From: Eledone cirrhosa
Taxonomy: Eukaryota
Direction of reading: 5' to 3'
DNA: 64,000 nucleotides
NCBI GenBank assembly: GCA_964016885.1
Contig: OZ024755.1
Location: 21,142,001-21,206,000 of the forward strand
Shown here: in pieces, positions 26,505 through 40,935 of the stretch
Layout of the letters: the number at the start of each line of letters is the position of its first letter
How positions within the stretch are numbered: the first letter of the stretch is position 1
Program-made: the position numbers and the translations under genes
The notes under the pieces: generated by a model
The model's database searches: none
Told to the model about the DNA's origin: nothing
What the model saw: the letters and a program-made list of their open reading frames with translations, nothing else

Positions 26505-26843
26505 ATGACGTAGTGTAGTATGTAGAATAACGATGTATGTATACACACACACACACACATCTTTGCGATGGTATGAGTGATAAAGAGATGTGTATATGGC
26601 AAGGTGTATGTAATGTTTGTTTATAAATATGTGTATATATATGTTTGCTGTGACATGAGTGTAGGAAATACTATGTTGCGTCTGTGTTGTGTGGTATATA
26701 TATCATGAGGGTGTATAATGTGAAGTTGTTTATTTATCAATAGATGTAGTGTTGTTTCTTAATCAGTGTGTCCGTAGATGTAGTGTAGAATAGTGTTTGA
26801 AGTATGTATATGTGTCATAGTTAGACGTATGTGAAATACAATG

Positions 26844-26885
<42 letters not shown>

Positions 26886-27131
26886 TGTATATATATATAT
26901 ATATATATATATGCTGTATATATATATACACATACACACACATGTACGCGCGCGCAAGTGTTTATACGTAGGTAATGTCCTAATATAGAGTTATAATTTA
27001 ATGCACATCTCTATAATGTGTATATATATGAATTCTACATACTTCTCTGTCAATACATATTGTTGTTTTGTTGATTAATAGCTACATATGTACCTGTAGA
27101 CATAATTATATATTAATATATGCAGTATGCA

Positions 27132-27180
<49 letters not shown>

Positions 27181-27181
<1 letters not shown>

Positions 27182-27388
27182 TGTAGAAATGAGATGATAG
27201 GGACTGGGGTCCATATCATTCCACTGCAAAGTGGTCGTGGAGGTGCCACGGCAAAAAAGCACCCAGCACTCACTGTAAATGAGGTTGGTGTTAGGAAGGG
27301 CATCCAGCTGTAGTAATCAAGCCAGAATCAGTTCCCGTCCCACCCTTGCAAGCAGGGGAAAGCGGACGTAAAATGAGGAGGATGATGA
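27181..27388 (+). mobile_element. 3' half of the tRNA-CORE SINE with RTE tail
   Basis: Matches the reverse complement of 52221-52430. Confidence 0.85.
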
Positions 27389-27469
27389 TATATATATATA
27401 TATGTGTGTGTGTGTATGTATTTACAGGTAAACTTGTATGTATAAATTACTATATGCAGTGTGCATGTA

Positions 27470-27514
<45 letters not shown>

Positions 27515-27847
27515 ATGTATATATATATGTATGTATATGTATGTATTTACCTGTAAACTTGTATGGATGTGTTTATTGTATATAAATATATATATATGAC
27601 CAGAGAGAGTAATGTGTATAAATATATATACGTATTTAGTGTATGTGATTCGGTGAATTACTTGTGGTGGCACCAAAATGACCACTCGATGCACAGATAG
27701 TGTGTATCGATAAGGTATTTAGATAGATCAAACATACTATTTAAAAGATGTTCATGCACACCTGTATAAATAAATCCTTAATATATCTATATGTATATAC
27801 TTGCATACAGTATATACAGTATAATATAATACCTGTATACAGTATGT

Positions 27848-28050
27848 ACCTATATACATTATATACCGTGGCAGTATCAGTAGAAGGTCCGATGCCATGC
27901 TTTGCAGCATAGAGTTACGGCCCTTTATGGTCTGAGTTCAAATCCCATCGAGGTTAACTTTGCCTTTCATCCTTACGGGGGTCGATAAAATAAAGTACCA
28001 GTAATGTACTGGGTAATTGCTGGCCTTGTGCCAATAGTAGAAACAATTAT
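27848..28050 (+). mobile_element. Meta-domain tRNA SINE
   Basis: Family consensus match. Confidence 0.85.
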
Positions 28051-28384
28051 ATACCTGTATATAGCTATATACAATATATTATAGCTATATACATTATATA
28101 CTTGGATACATATATAGATTATATAGTATATATCTGTATACATATACCTGCATACAGTATAATATACCTATATACAGGTGTATATACCTGTATATTGTGA
28201 GTGTTATATGAAAATGAGTGTCATAGAGAATTGGTTTATCTCTAAACATGTGTTCTTTGGAATATATGTAATGAAACATTAAAACATTTCATAGTTATGG
28301 AAATATATTCTTTGATAATGTAGGACTTTTGTACATAACGATGTAATTGTGTGTATATTTAAGTGTGTAGCTATATTTGTATGT

Positions 28385-28448
<64 letters not shown>

Positions 28449-28539
28449 GTCCCCCCAAAATGTATACACACTTCAATACCATTCTAATAAATATTGCCTG
28501 TACAGGTAATCGACGTGTGTATTTTTTGGGGAGGACCCC

Positions 28540-28614
<75 letters not shown>

Positions 28615-28677
28615 CAAAACACAGGAGGCAAATGTACACAGTTATATTAGGTTCACGCTTAGTAAAATTGGAGGTGG

Positions 28678-28713
28678 TTTCAACGTTTCGGACAGAAATC
28701 CTTCATCAGGAAA
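28678..28713 (-). ncRNA. Minimal hammerhead ribozyme-like motif with intact core (Penelope type)
   Basis: Minus strand reads TTTC-CTGATGA-A-GGA(TTTCTG)TCC-GAAA-CG-TT-GAAA. Confidence 0.6.
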
Positions 28714-28971
28714 GTTCAGGTAGGGGGGAGAACAGGAACTCCGATATATATATATATATATATTGTTTACTTTGAGAAGGTCATTTCGACAATTAAAAAA
28801 AAGCACATTCACACACTAACTCACACAATTTATCAATCAATGAATTCGTTAGTTAGTTAATTAATTAATCGATCGATTGATTGGTTGGTTTTTATCAAAG
28901 ATCTTTCGACACAGCATTTACGTACCTATAGGTAGGAGTTAATAGGTATTTCTATGGTTTGTGATTACATG

Positions 28972-29341
28972 TACACTCGTGTCTTGAATAATCGTTCTCC
29001 CTCTCCCAGCTGCTTATTAATTTTCAGACCCACCTCCGCCGCTTATTAAATTTTGCTAATCTATCTCCGGCGAAATTTTATTTTAAGTGGTAGCATTCCT
29101 GCGACAATTAATTTTCTTCATACATTAAAAAAACATACATAACAAAAAACCTGCATTACTAGAAATCTGATACGTTATAAAATAAATAGGATGGGTTGGG
29201 GGAAGGGGGGGGTCTTAATATGTAAACCTAAGCGACTAATTCTGGTTTTAAAAAAGAAGAGTCAACGGAGACAACCTAGAAAAATTACTGACCCCCCGCT
29301 TATCCCCCCCCCCCCCTCCTGTTATTTGGGAGCCGAGAGTA
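28972..29341. mobile_element. Probable Tc1/mariner-type non-autonomous DNA element
   Basis: Degenerate TIRs tacactcgtgtcttgaataa / ttatttgggagccgagagta with TA ends. Confidence 0.45.
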
Positions 29342-29883
29342 ACAAATATATATCTATAGCCTGTGTATGTCTGATTGTTTGGCTTTGTACTGTGATTATT
29401 CATAAAAGCACATGTCAACCTATGTACTTATTTATTTCAAAAAAACAAAACATATGAAAGAAACTGACATCTCCAAATAACTTCTCAGGTGTGAATTAAG
29501 CTTGCATGGTGGCCCCTTAGCTGACAATTTCATCTTTTAGTTTGTTTTATCTTGGAACTGTACATGAACATCAAATAAAATAATCTATATACGTGAAATA
29601 CAACCACTCATTGCTAATTAACACATGTAAACAACACTTTTTGGCATTTTTGCCTCTTCTTATCATGAAATTCATCTAGGTATTATTATATACTGTTTAT
29701 ATATTGTGGATTCCTGTTAGCCATCCCAGCCCTCCACTCTTAATCCACCACTGCTTGTCTATTTAGCAATCCGAAGCGGTATTCGCCAAAATTTCGAGGT
29801 TACTGCCATTTTTTTTTTCTGAAAATATACTTATCTGTAATTACATCATATAAGAGATATTTTAGTCATTTATAAACATACAA

Positions 29884-30400
29884 ATAATTGTTTCTACTTT
29901 TGGCACAAGGCAAGCAATTACCCCAGTGCATTGGCAGTATCGGTAGAGGGTCGGACGCCATGCTTTGAAGCATAGAGTTGCCTCCCTGTATGATCTGAGT
30001 TCAAATCCCGCCGAGGTTAACTTTACCTTTCATCCTTACAGGGTCGATAAAATAAAGTACCAGTAATACACTGGGATAATTGCTGGCCTTTTGCCAAAAG
30101 TAGAAACAATTATTAGTACTTGTGGATTGGCAGTATCGGTAGAAGGTCGGACGCCATGCTTTACAGCAAAGAGTTACGGCCCTTTATGGTCTGAGTTCAA
30201 ATCCCGCCAAGGTTAACTTTGCCTTTTCATCCTTACGGGAATAAAATAAAGTACCAGTAATACACTAGGATAATTGCTGGCCTTGTGCCAAAAGTAGAAA
30301 CAATTATTAGTACTTTATTTTATCAACCCTGTAAGGATGAAAGGCAAAACTAACCTCGGCGGGATTTGAAATCGGAACGTAAACGGTCATAACTCTATGC
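29884..30400. mobile_element. Two tandem + strand Meta-SINEs inserted inside a - strand Meta-SINE
   Basis: Minus copy split into about 29884-29932 and 30308-30400; plus copies at about 29930-30113 and 30121-30307. Confidence 0.85.
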
Positions 30401-30496
30401 CTAACTCCTTAGCAACACCACATGGTCATGTCTTAGTTACTTAGCAACACCACATAATCATGTCTTAATTTACTAAAGTCTAATGTCTGTCTTAGG

Positions 30497-30756
30497 CCAG
30501 AAGCTCATTTGGCCTGTGCTTATCCCCGTTTCATGGCGTGAAGCGACTGAGAGTACAAGACTCCACCCTGGACAGGACACCAGTCCATTGCAGGGTTAAA
30601 CCCCCAGCTATTACTGGTACTCATTTTCAGCTGAGTATACTGGAGCAACGTGAAATGAAGTGTTTTGCTCAAGAACACAACACGCAACCCAGGAATCGAA
30701 CCCAATACGTTATGATCGTGAGTCCAACACCCTTACCATTAGGTTATGTGCCTCCA
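30497..30756 (-). mobile_element. tRNA-CORE SINE, second family with a different tail
   Basis: Head ggaggcacataacctaatggtaagggtg, B box ggttcgattcc, CORE-like ttcttgagcaaaacacttcatttcacgttgctccag. Confidence 0.8.
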
Positions 30757-33442
30757 CTTAAGTTACTAAGCAATACAATATAGCCATATCTTAACTCCTA
30801 AGCAACAGCACATAGTCACGTCTTAACTTCTTAACACCACCACACCTTTTATGCAGTTCCATACATTCTAGAGCATGAAAATATCTTTGATATTAGCAGA
30901 AGTTAGACCTTCTTTTTAACCCTCTTCTTTTACTATAAAATAATAAATGGAACTTGCAGTTAGTTGTTCAATAGAACTACATAGTCATTGTATTATAGTG
31001 TAAATGGTTGAGTATTCCATAGTCACTTGTATCTTTAAGGCAATCCTTGAATCAGAATCAGCATGACACAAAGATGGCCTTTTTAATCGCAGGTACAACC
31101 CATCTGTATAGTTTATATGTTCTTAGTTTCATTCACATGTCTTAGATTCTTCACTTATGGCTATGGTTGAAAACAATTGCCCAAGGTACTGCAGATTTGA
31201 ATCAAGTTTAACCCCTTTTGATACCAATCCATTTGAAACTGCCCCTAGTTCTATTGTACAAGCTTGTCTGTTTTGAAGTATTTATATTTAGCTAAAAACC
31301 TTCCATCATAATTTTATGTAAGAACCTTTGTTAAATTATTTTCCAAACACTAGCTTAATAATGAGAAAGTTTGTTATATTACTAAATCTCTACAAATTCT
31401 TGATTATTTTCAAAATTATTTAAAAGCCATAGTCAGCATGTTTCATTAGAAATATGTCAAATGTACACCCACTTGAAGTTGTAATTAAGTCACGTAGCTA
31501 CTACTTTCACTAAGTCATATGGGAAGTTTACCGACTTCTATATTAGTTCCTAGTCCTGTACCTCAGGTTATGTCTAAAACTTTGGTTCCCTGTCACTCTG
31601 CCAGAAAATCCTCTTCGCCTTTTGTATACCCATTGCTTCTTACAGTTTCGTAGGATTTAATTTTTATTTTATCTAATGTCATTTTTTTTTCATTTGGCTT
31701 ACTGTAATTATTAACTTATTCAATTTCAATTAATCACTTCCTGTATTAATTGTGTATAGTCTTTCAGAACCTTTAGTTTAGCGTAAGTGGGGAGGGACGG
31801 GCTCTGTCAAGTTTAAACTATTTCATACCAACCCAACTAAAACCACTTCTAGTTCTATGAAACAAAACCTCACATTTTAGAGAGTTCCTAATTAAATCAA
31901 AATCTTCCAACATAATTTTATATGAGAACCATATGTTAAGTTACTATTTTAATAATGATCTTTGATTAAGGCACAAGGCCAACAATTTTGGGGAGGGTAA
32001 AGTCGATTAGATCGACCCCCAAAGCGTTACAGATACTTTATTTTATCGACCCTGTAAGGATGAAAGGCAAAGCTAACCTTGGTGGGATTTGAAATCAGAA
32101 CATGCTTTAATAATGAAATAATTAATAATTTTAGGAAATCACTGAAATAGTATTCCAAATGAAATACACTCTATCACAAAAAGGGTTTTTAAAAATGCCC
32201 AAGATATATCATATATTATAGTAGCACCCCTACAACTCTATCAGGAGTTTAAGGCCCAAGGAAGTGAATTCTAAGTTACTAAACTAATCATTTGGTTTGG
32301 TAAGAGCTGTACCGCATAGCTTTAACCCCTCGTTAATATGTAATACTGCCTAACGACCTGTCTGTCATAAGGCCCCTTACATCTAGGCTTTACATTTTTT
32401 ACACTTTATTTCTTTCTTTCTTTATATTTAATATATTTTTTCTATATTTCATATTTCTGCAATATTTTATTGTTTCTATTTCGATTTTTCATTAACAACT
32501 TCATGTGTTACTGTATGGTTGTTGTTGTGTTTTAGCCCCTGGTCAACATTGATTGAGTAGATTTATGATTAAAACCTTTCAAGCTCTGACCATCCTGTCT
32601 TTTGCATTCATATAGAATTACATTATACAATGTGTTCATCTGCTTTTACTACAATAGAACATTATGATAGAAAGATTCTGTTGCTATTTCTAGCAAGTTT
32701 AGCAACCACATACAAATTTCTGCAGTGATTGATCACATATTTCATCTTGTTTACCATTGCTACATTGTACATATTCTGTCTTGATAATCTCCCCTTTTAT
32801 TGAATAACTACTATATGATCAACCAACCTGTGTAGCATCTTCTCTCTCACTTCCTTTAGTTTCGAGTATTAAACTTGAAGAAATGTGGCTTCTGTCATGT
32901 ATTGAACTCGTATTGAGTGTTATCTAACAAGTGTGGTGTAATCGTTTGATTATTTAATGACAGTCAATCATATCACAATCACATGTTTCAAGTGTGCTCG
33001 TGTTTTTTTGCCTATACATTATGCTTCAGTTAAACAGGGGTACACAATTCTATTCAACAGGTTCAAAATATAGTCTGACGGTTTGAAGAGTACACAATTC
33101 TTTCTTTCACCACAGAATTAACATTCAGGGTTATTATCATATGCTCGCTTCAGTTCAACAGTTTATTGTGCTTCATTGTGTTGAAATAAAAATTTGTAAA
33201 TTACTGTTCCTTGTTCAATTACCTATGCACGTAAGGAAATAAACAAGACACAACAGCTTTAGCTATAGTAAAGGTCAACCAGCTAGAACAGTCACTAGGA
33301 ATCAAAACTGATGATACAGAGTAGAGAGGACTCTCTTTATCTTGCAATGTTGAACAATAAAACAACCAATGTACACTGTTAGGAGTAGGAAAGACATCTC
33401 TTCACCCAATTATTCCTGAGAGGGTCAAGTGGGGGGGGGGGG

Positions 33443-33715
33443 GGCAGAGTCTTCAAACACTCCTTTCAGCAGGTCCTGTCAGAAGCAACCATCTCCAAAT
33501 CATCCGGCTAGTTTCCCAATCGAGATCAGCCAAACTCATGGATGTTATCCAACCATCTTTCTCGTGGTCTACACTTGGGTCTCTTGTCAGTTGGTTTTGA
33601 CTGTAAAATCTGTCCAGAGACATTCTAACCAGATGCCCATAATATCGGAACCGTGATCTCTCAATTTGGAGAAGTAGCGGCTCTACCTGGAGTAACTTTC
33701 TGATCCAATCATAAA
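33443..33715 (-). mobile_element. Rex3/Expander-like RTE LINE 3' fragment
   Basis: IRKLLQVEPLLLQIERSRFRYYGHLVRM in ORF 33453-33722. Confidence 0.8.
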
Positions 33716-33969
33716 ACCCCAACTAATTAATCATGTGTAACAATGGATCTATTTTTATTGTATTTATCTGTCTGTTTATCTATTTTTGTCTCAAGGGTCC
33801 ACCCCAAGCAGAATACACCAATATCATCACTTACAACAGAAATATAACTCGGCATCAAAGAGAAAACTTATAAATATTTGAATCCAACATAAACCACAAA
33901 AACAAACAGTAAAAACACTATATACAGTTCAGTACACATCATATCACAATAACAACCTCATATAACATA

Positions 33970-34850
33970 CCTGTACACCAACATCAGGTAAATACTTATA
34001 CACCAACACCAGATAAATACCTGCACGCCAACATTAGGTAAATACCTGCACACCAACATTAGGTAAATATCTGCACACCAACGCCAGGTAATTACCTGTA
34101 CACCAACATTAGGTAAATATCTCCACACCAATGCCAGGTAAATACCTGTACACCAACACCAGATAAATATCTACACATCAAAACCAGGTAATTACCTATA
34201 CACCAACACCAGGTAAATATCTACACACCAACACCAGATATTTACACACTATGGTTTAACAGTTTAGCCATACCTGCACCAATACATGTTCATAGCTAGG
34301 TAGTTTATAAATGTTGTATATAGTATCTAGTATAGCTTTGGTGCCGTGTCTGCACCAAAACATGTTCATAGTTAGGAAGTAGATAGATGTAGTATGTAGT
34401 ATGGTTTGACAGTTTAGCCATACCTACACCAATACATGTACAAAGTTAGATAGTAGATAAATGTAATATTATAGTATGGTTTAGTCATGCCTACACCAAT
34501 ACATGTTCATATTTAGGAAGTAGGTAAATGTAATATGTAGTATGGTTTAGTCATACCTATAGCAATACATGCTTCGGGTTAGATAGTAGATAAATGTAGG
34601 TAAATGTAATATGTAGTATGGTTTAGTCATACCTATAGCAATACATGCTTCTAGTTAGATAGTAGATAAATGTACCTAAATGTAATATGTAGTATGGTTT
34701 AGTCATACCTATAGCAATACATGCTTCTAGTTAGATAGTAGATAAATGTAGGTAAATGTAATATGTAGTATGGTTTAGTCATACCTATAGCAATACATGC
34801 TTCTAGTTAGATAGTAGGTAAATGTACCTAAATGTAATATGTAGTATGGT
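33970..34850. repeat. Adjacent minisatellites: about 25 bp unit (33970-34240) and 76 bp unit (to 34850)
   Basis: ctgcacaccaacattaggtaaatac units; taaatgtaatatgtagtatgg at 34601, 34677, 34753, 34829. Confidence 0.85.
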
Positions 34851-36687
34851 TTTATAGTTTAAACTACATTTGAAGTAGAAAGACATCAAGTACTGAATGA
34901 CAGAATATGGATTTTTTTTAATAGATAGCGTATCAGGCTAATGGTTAACAGCAATTAGAGTAGAGAGAGAGGGGGAACCTAGAAATATTGCAATGAATGA
35001 CAGAAGACATTGAGAATTGGGCCTGACAGGCAGCAAACTACTGAAGGATGGGAAGAATTGAGAAGGAAAAATATATAGAAGCAATCTTGCAAAACACCTG
35101 ACAATATGATGATGATGTTAGTGGTGGTGGTAGTGATGATGATGGTGATATTAGTGGTGGTAGTGATGATGATGATGATGATGATGGCAATGGTGATTTT
35201 GATGGTGATGTTAGTGGCAATGGAGATGGTGGGGATGAGGATGTTAGTGGTGATGATGTTGGTGATAGGGATGGTGTTGGTGATGGTGATGATGGTGTTA
35301 GTGGTGTGGTGATGTTAGCGATGGGAATGGTGATGATGGTGAAGGTGATGTTAGTGGTAATGGTGATTGATGGTGATGGTGATGTAAGTAGTGATGACGA
35401 GAGTGATGGTTGTGATGATGATGATGATGATGATATTAGTAGTGGCAGTGATGTTAGTGGTGGCAGTAATGATAGTGATGGTAAGGATGGCGATGGTGAT
35501 GATGATGATGGCAGTAATATTGATGTTAATAGCTGTGACAGTGATAAGCAATTAGGACAACAGTACCAAGCTTGGTTAGTTTTTTGAATCATGCTTGGTA
35601 TTTTCAAATTGTTCATTGTCAAAGTAGCAACAACAACAATAATAGTCATCATCGCCATCATCATCATCATCAGCAGCAGAAGATTGTTGTTGTTGTTGTT
35701 GTGGTTTGACATAGGTTGGTTCTGACAATGCCTGTTCCTGTTGTTCAAACAACCAAACAGCTTGTGTAATTAGCGTATAAATAGCCGAGTATTCCACAGA
35801 TATGTGCACATTCAGTGTAGTTCTCAGGGAGATTCAGTGTGACACATTGTGTAATAAAAAAAAAAAAAAACATGGCTGGCCTTTTTGAATTACAGATATA
35901 ATTTATTATTTTTTCATGCTAGGAAACTTATTTTATTTTTTCAATGTGAAATAAAATGTCTTGCACATGGACACTTGGCACCAACACGGATTGAACTCAC
36001 AACCTTAACCCTTTAGCATTTAAACCAGCCCTATCTGGCCAGAATTCTCTTACCACTTTCTGTTCAAACCAGCTGTAACCAGCTCCTCATACTTATGTTC
36101 TCTAAATATATAATATGAAAATCTCATAGATTCGATATTATGTGAGATAAAGTGTTTACTGTGAAAATACAAAAATACAATAGTAAGAGCCAAACACTTT
36201 AACCACTAAGCCACTCACTTTCACAGGCAGTAACAGAATTGAGATAAGAAAACGAGAATATCATTGATAAAAAACTGGTGAAAATATCCAAAACATGAAA
36301 CAAAACATGTTCAGATTTGGTAAGATGCAGTGGGGTGGGGTAGTGTTGAGTTGAGTGAAGTCTGGTAGTGGAAGGGTGGAGTTGGGTGGAATTGAGTGGG
36401 GTCAAGTGGAGTTGAGTGGGGTTGAGTGGAGTCTGGTGGTGGAGGGTGAAGTCGGGTGGAATCTGGTAGCGTCAGGTGGGGTTAAGTAGTGGTTTATATT
36501 TATCTTTGGTAATCATTAGAAGCCTAAGAACTAAAAAAATATATAAATTATTTTTGTGTATAAATTCCTTATTTGGTACCATGTTGTTTATTAGTGTCTA
36601 GACCAATATAATATGGCAGTGTTAGGAGGAAGGTAGAGATGAGATAAATATACAAATAGATAAAATGGACAGATCAGCTATTGTTTC

Positions 36688-37748
36688 ACTTAAATTTAAA
36701 CCTAGATACCCTACTTAACTATAATTTAAACCTAGATATTCTGCTTAACTATAATTTAAACCTAGATATCCTGCTTAACTATAATTTAAACCTAGATACC
36801 CTGCTTAACTATAATTTAAACTTAGATACCCTACTTAACTATAATTTAAACCTAGATATCCTTCTTAACTATAATTTAAACTTAGATACCCTGCTTAACT
36901 ATAATTTAAACCTAGATATCCTTCTTAGCTATAATTTAAACCTAGATATCCTTCTTAACTATAATTTAAACCTAGATATCCTTCTTAACTATAATTTAAA
37001 CCTAGATATCCTTCTTAACTATAATTTAAATCTAGATATCCTTTTTAGCTATAATTTAAACCTAGATATCCTTCTTAACTATAATTTAAACCTAGATACC
37101 CTGCTTAACTATAATTTAAACCTAGATATCCTTCTTAACTATAATTTAAACCTAGATATCCTTTTTAGCTATAATTTAAACCTAGATATCCTTTTTAGCT
37201 ATAATTTAAACCTAGATATCCTTTTTAGCTATAATTTAAACCTAGATACCCTGCTTAACTATAATTTAAACCTAGATATCCTTTTTAGCTATAATTTAAA
37301 CCTAGATATCCTTTTTAGCTATAATTTAAACCTAGATATCCTTTTTAGCTATAATTTAAACCTAGATATCCTTTTTAGCTATAATTTAAACCGAGATAGC
37401 CTTTTTAGCTATAATTTAAACCTAGATATCCTTTTTAGCTATAATTTAAACCTAGATATCCTTTTTAGCTATAATTTAAACCTAGATATCCTTTTTAACT
37501 ATAATTTAAACCTAGATATCCTTTTTAGCTATAATTTAAACCTAGATATCCTTTTTAGCTATAATTTAAACCTAGATATCCTTCTTAACTATAATTTAAA
37601 CCTAGATATCCTTTTTAGCTATAATTTAAACCTAGATATCCTTCTTAGCTATAATTTAAACCTAGATATCCTTCTTAGCTATAATTTAAACCTAGATATC
37701 CTTCTTAGCTATAATTTAAACCTAGATACCCTACTTAGCTATAATTTA
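36688..37748. repeat. 30 bp minisatellite, about 35 copies
   Basis: Unit ataatttaaacctagatatccttcttaact in exact register. Confidence 0.97.
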
Positions 37749-38609
37749 CTTATTAAATATTCTTTTATTGCATGTTTATTATAACACTAGCTTCCATTTT
37801 CTTTTATTTCCTTGTCTTCAATTTTGGCAAAGCTGATGAGATCACATTGTCTGCTGCCATGGATCATAAATTACACTGTTGTTGTTGGTTGATGATGGTG
37901 GTGGTGATGGTGTTGTTGTTGGCTCTGTTGATGGTGGTGGTGATGGTGTTGTTATTGGTTCTGATGATGGTTGTGGTGATGATGGTGGTGGTTCTGATGA
38001 TGGTGGTGGTGTTTGTTGTTGGTTGTGGTTACTAGTTGTTGGTGGTTGATGGTGGTGGTGGTGGTGTTTGTTGTTGTTGTTGTTGGTTGTGGTTACTGGT
38101 TATCGTTGGTGGTGGTTGTTAATGGTGATTGTTGTTGTTGGTGGTGGTTGTTGATGGTGATTGTTGTTGTTGGTGGTGGTGGTGCGCTGATTTGACAAGT
38201 TCCACCTCACTTGGTAAACAAATGGAGGTCTGGGATCTTGTCGGTCAATTCAATCGAATATGAAAGTATGAATGTTTCAACTTAAAATTGGCTAGCCTGC
38301 AGCACCATATTATTTAGAAGATTGACTAGACTGAAGATTAGGGTTTCTGTAAGAACTAAGGGCCTCATAATTCTTTTTTCAACTGTAGAGTGAATGAAAG
38401 GTTTAAAGTGTCAGTGGGGACCCAAAATACCTGAAAGCCTTGGTAGAGGCTTGACCCAGAGTTAATAAGGCCCTGCTAGTATGGACAGATAAGGCTCACA
38501 ATCAGGATAGATAAGGCCTACAACCACGACAGATAGGGCCCACAACCAAGATAGATAAGCTAGCAACAATAATTTAACTTGTTGAAGTATTTTTTTGTTT
38601 TTCCATCAG

Positions 38610-38791
38610 TGGATCACACAATGGCTGAATGGGATAATACTATTCCCACACCTCTACCACCAGCATTAACAACCACCACCACCACCACCACCACCACCAC
38701 CTCCTCCTACAAAATTTGACCTTATACTTAATGAAGAAATCAATATTTTCAATCAATAATAGATCTTTATAGAACTTTTGGTCAGATATAG
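38610..38791 (+). other. Possible non-coding or UTR exon
   Basis: Acceptor ttttttgtttttccatcag and donor TAG|gtatgt; all three frames closed, only a 32-codon ATG ORF. Confidence 0.2.
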
Positions 38792-39175
38792 GTATGTGTG
38801 TTGATATCATTCCTTCAAAGCAAGTCAAGATATAAACAGATCTGTTAGTCTGTTACAATTCATTCATATTCAAGGTTTGCTAGAAAACCTTTTGTGTCTT
38901 TTTTTATGAACATTTGGACTGCTATTTCATTGTAATTTTGTTTTTATGCTTTACCTGTTATTCCCCCTCTCCCTTCTCCCTCCCTCTGCTTCATTACACA
39001 CATACACACCTTTTCTTTTCATCCCTCAACACCCCTATACTATATTTTCTGTGTTGTATTATATACAACTGTACCGTTTATATATATATATATATATTTT
39101 ATTGCTTTTCTTTTGTTATACTAAAATATGATATTATATTTTTTTCAATATCTGACTTATTGATAATTACTGCAC

Positions 39176-39210
<35 letters not shown>

Positions 39211-39457
39211 TAATATGTGTATATAAATATATATATAGAAAGAGAGAGAAGGCAACATCAATTGCAACAATAGCCATACCATTAACATCAATAGCTACAA
39301 TAACAACAATAACAGTAATAACTACAATAACAGCAGCAACAATAGCAGTTATAACTAGTTGTTTATTAGGATAACACTGGAAGCGAAGGGTGGGGTGGTG
39401 GTAATTCTTTGTGTCAGTTTGAAAGAGTGTTGTCAACAGGAAACAAAGGTTGGTTAA

Positions 39458-40935
39458 AGGGGTGAAGAGATTGAACCAGGGTTTAGAGGGGTGAAGAGAT
39501 TGAACCAGGGTTTATAGGGTGAAGAGTATGGACCTGGATTTAGAAGGTGAAGAGATTGAACCAGGGTTTAGAGGGGTGAAGAGATTGGACCAGGGTTTAG
39601 AGGGTGAAGAGATTGAACCAGGGTTTAGAGGGTGAAGAGTATGGACCTGGATTTAGAAGGTGAAGAGATTGAACCAGGGTTTAGAGGGTGAAGAGATTGA
39701 ACCAGAGTTTAGAGGGTGAAGAGTATGGACCTGGATTTAGAAGGTGAAGAGATTGAACCAGGGTTTAGAGGGTGAAGAGATTGAACCAGGGTTTAGAGGG
39801 TGAAGAGTATGGACCTGGATTTAGAAGGTGAAGAGATTGAACCAGGGTTTAGAGGGGTGAAGAGATTGAACCAGGGTTTAGAGGGATGAAGAGATTGAAC
39901 CAGGGTTTAGAGGGGTGAAGAGATTGGACCAGGGTTTAGAGGGGTGAAGAGATTGAACCAGGGTTTAGAGGGATGAAGAGATTGAACCAGGGTTTAGAGG
40001 GGTGAAGAGATTGGACCAGGGTTTAGAGAGTGAAGAGATTGAACCAGGGTTTAGAGGGTGAAGAGTATGGACCTGGATTTAGAAGGTGAAGAGATTGGAC
40101 CAGGGTTTAGAGGGGTGAAGAGATTGAACCAGGGTTTAGAAGGTGAAGAGATTGGACCAGGGTTTAGAGGGGTGAAGAGATTGGACCAGGGTTTAGAAGG
40201 TGAAGAGATTGGACCAGGGTTTAGAGGGGTGAAGAGATTGAACCAGGGTTTAGAGGGTGAAGAGATTGAACCAGGGTTTAGAGGGGTGAAGAGATTGAAC
40301 CAGGGTTTAGAGGGTGAAGAGTATGGACCTGGATTTAGAAGGTGAAGAGATTGAACCAGGGTTTAGAGGGGTGTAGAGATTGAACCAGGGTTTAGAGGGG
40401 TGAATGATTGAACCAGGGTTTAGAGGGTGAAGAGATTGGACCTGGATTTAGAAGGTGAAGAGATTGAACCAGAGTTTAGAGGGGTGAAGAGATTGAACCA
40501 GGGTTTAGAGGGGTGAAGAGATTGAACCAGGGTTTAGAGGGTGAAGAGTATGGACCTGGATTTAGAAGGTGAAGAGATTGAACCAGGGTTTAGAGGGGTG
40601 AAGAGATTGAACCAGGGTTTAGAGGGTGAAGAGATTGAACCAGGGTTTAGAGGGGTGAAGAGATTGAACCAGGGTTTAGAGGGGTGAAGAGATTGAACCA
40701 GGGTTTAGAGGGGTGAAGAGATTGGACCAGGGTTTAGGTTGGTGAAGAGATTGAACCAGGGTTTAGAGGGTGAAGAGTATGGACCTGGATTTAGAAGGTG
40801 AAGAGATTGAACCAGGGTTTAGAGGGGTGAAGAGATTGAACCAGGGTTTAGAGGAGTGAAGAGATTGAACCAGGGTTTAGAGGGTGAAGAGATTGGACCA
40901 GGGTTTAGGTTGGTGAAGAGATTGAACCAGGGTTT
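39458..40935. repeat. 28-29 bp purine-rich minisatellite, about 50 copies
   Basis: Unit (g)gggtgaagagattgaaccagggtttaga with a recurring variant gagtatggacctggatttagaa. Confidence 0.95.

Noticed and set aside
36681-37784. 367-aa ORF resembling a leucine-rich repeat protein
   Set aside because: It is a translation of a 30 bp minisatellite that happens to lack stops in one frame; no unique coding flank or splice context
39458-40935. gggttta motif resembling telomeric repeats
   Set aside because: Occurs once per 28-29 bp unit, not as tandem telomere hexamers or heptamers
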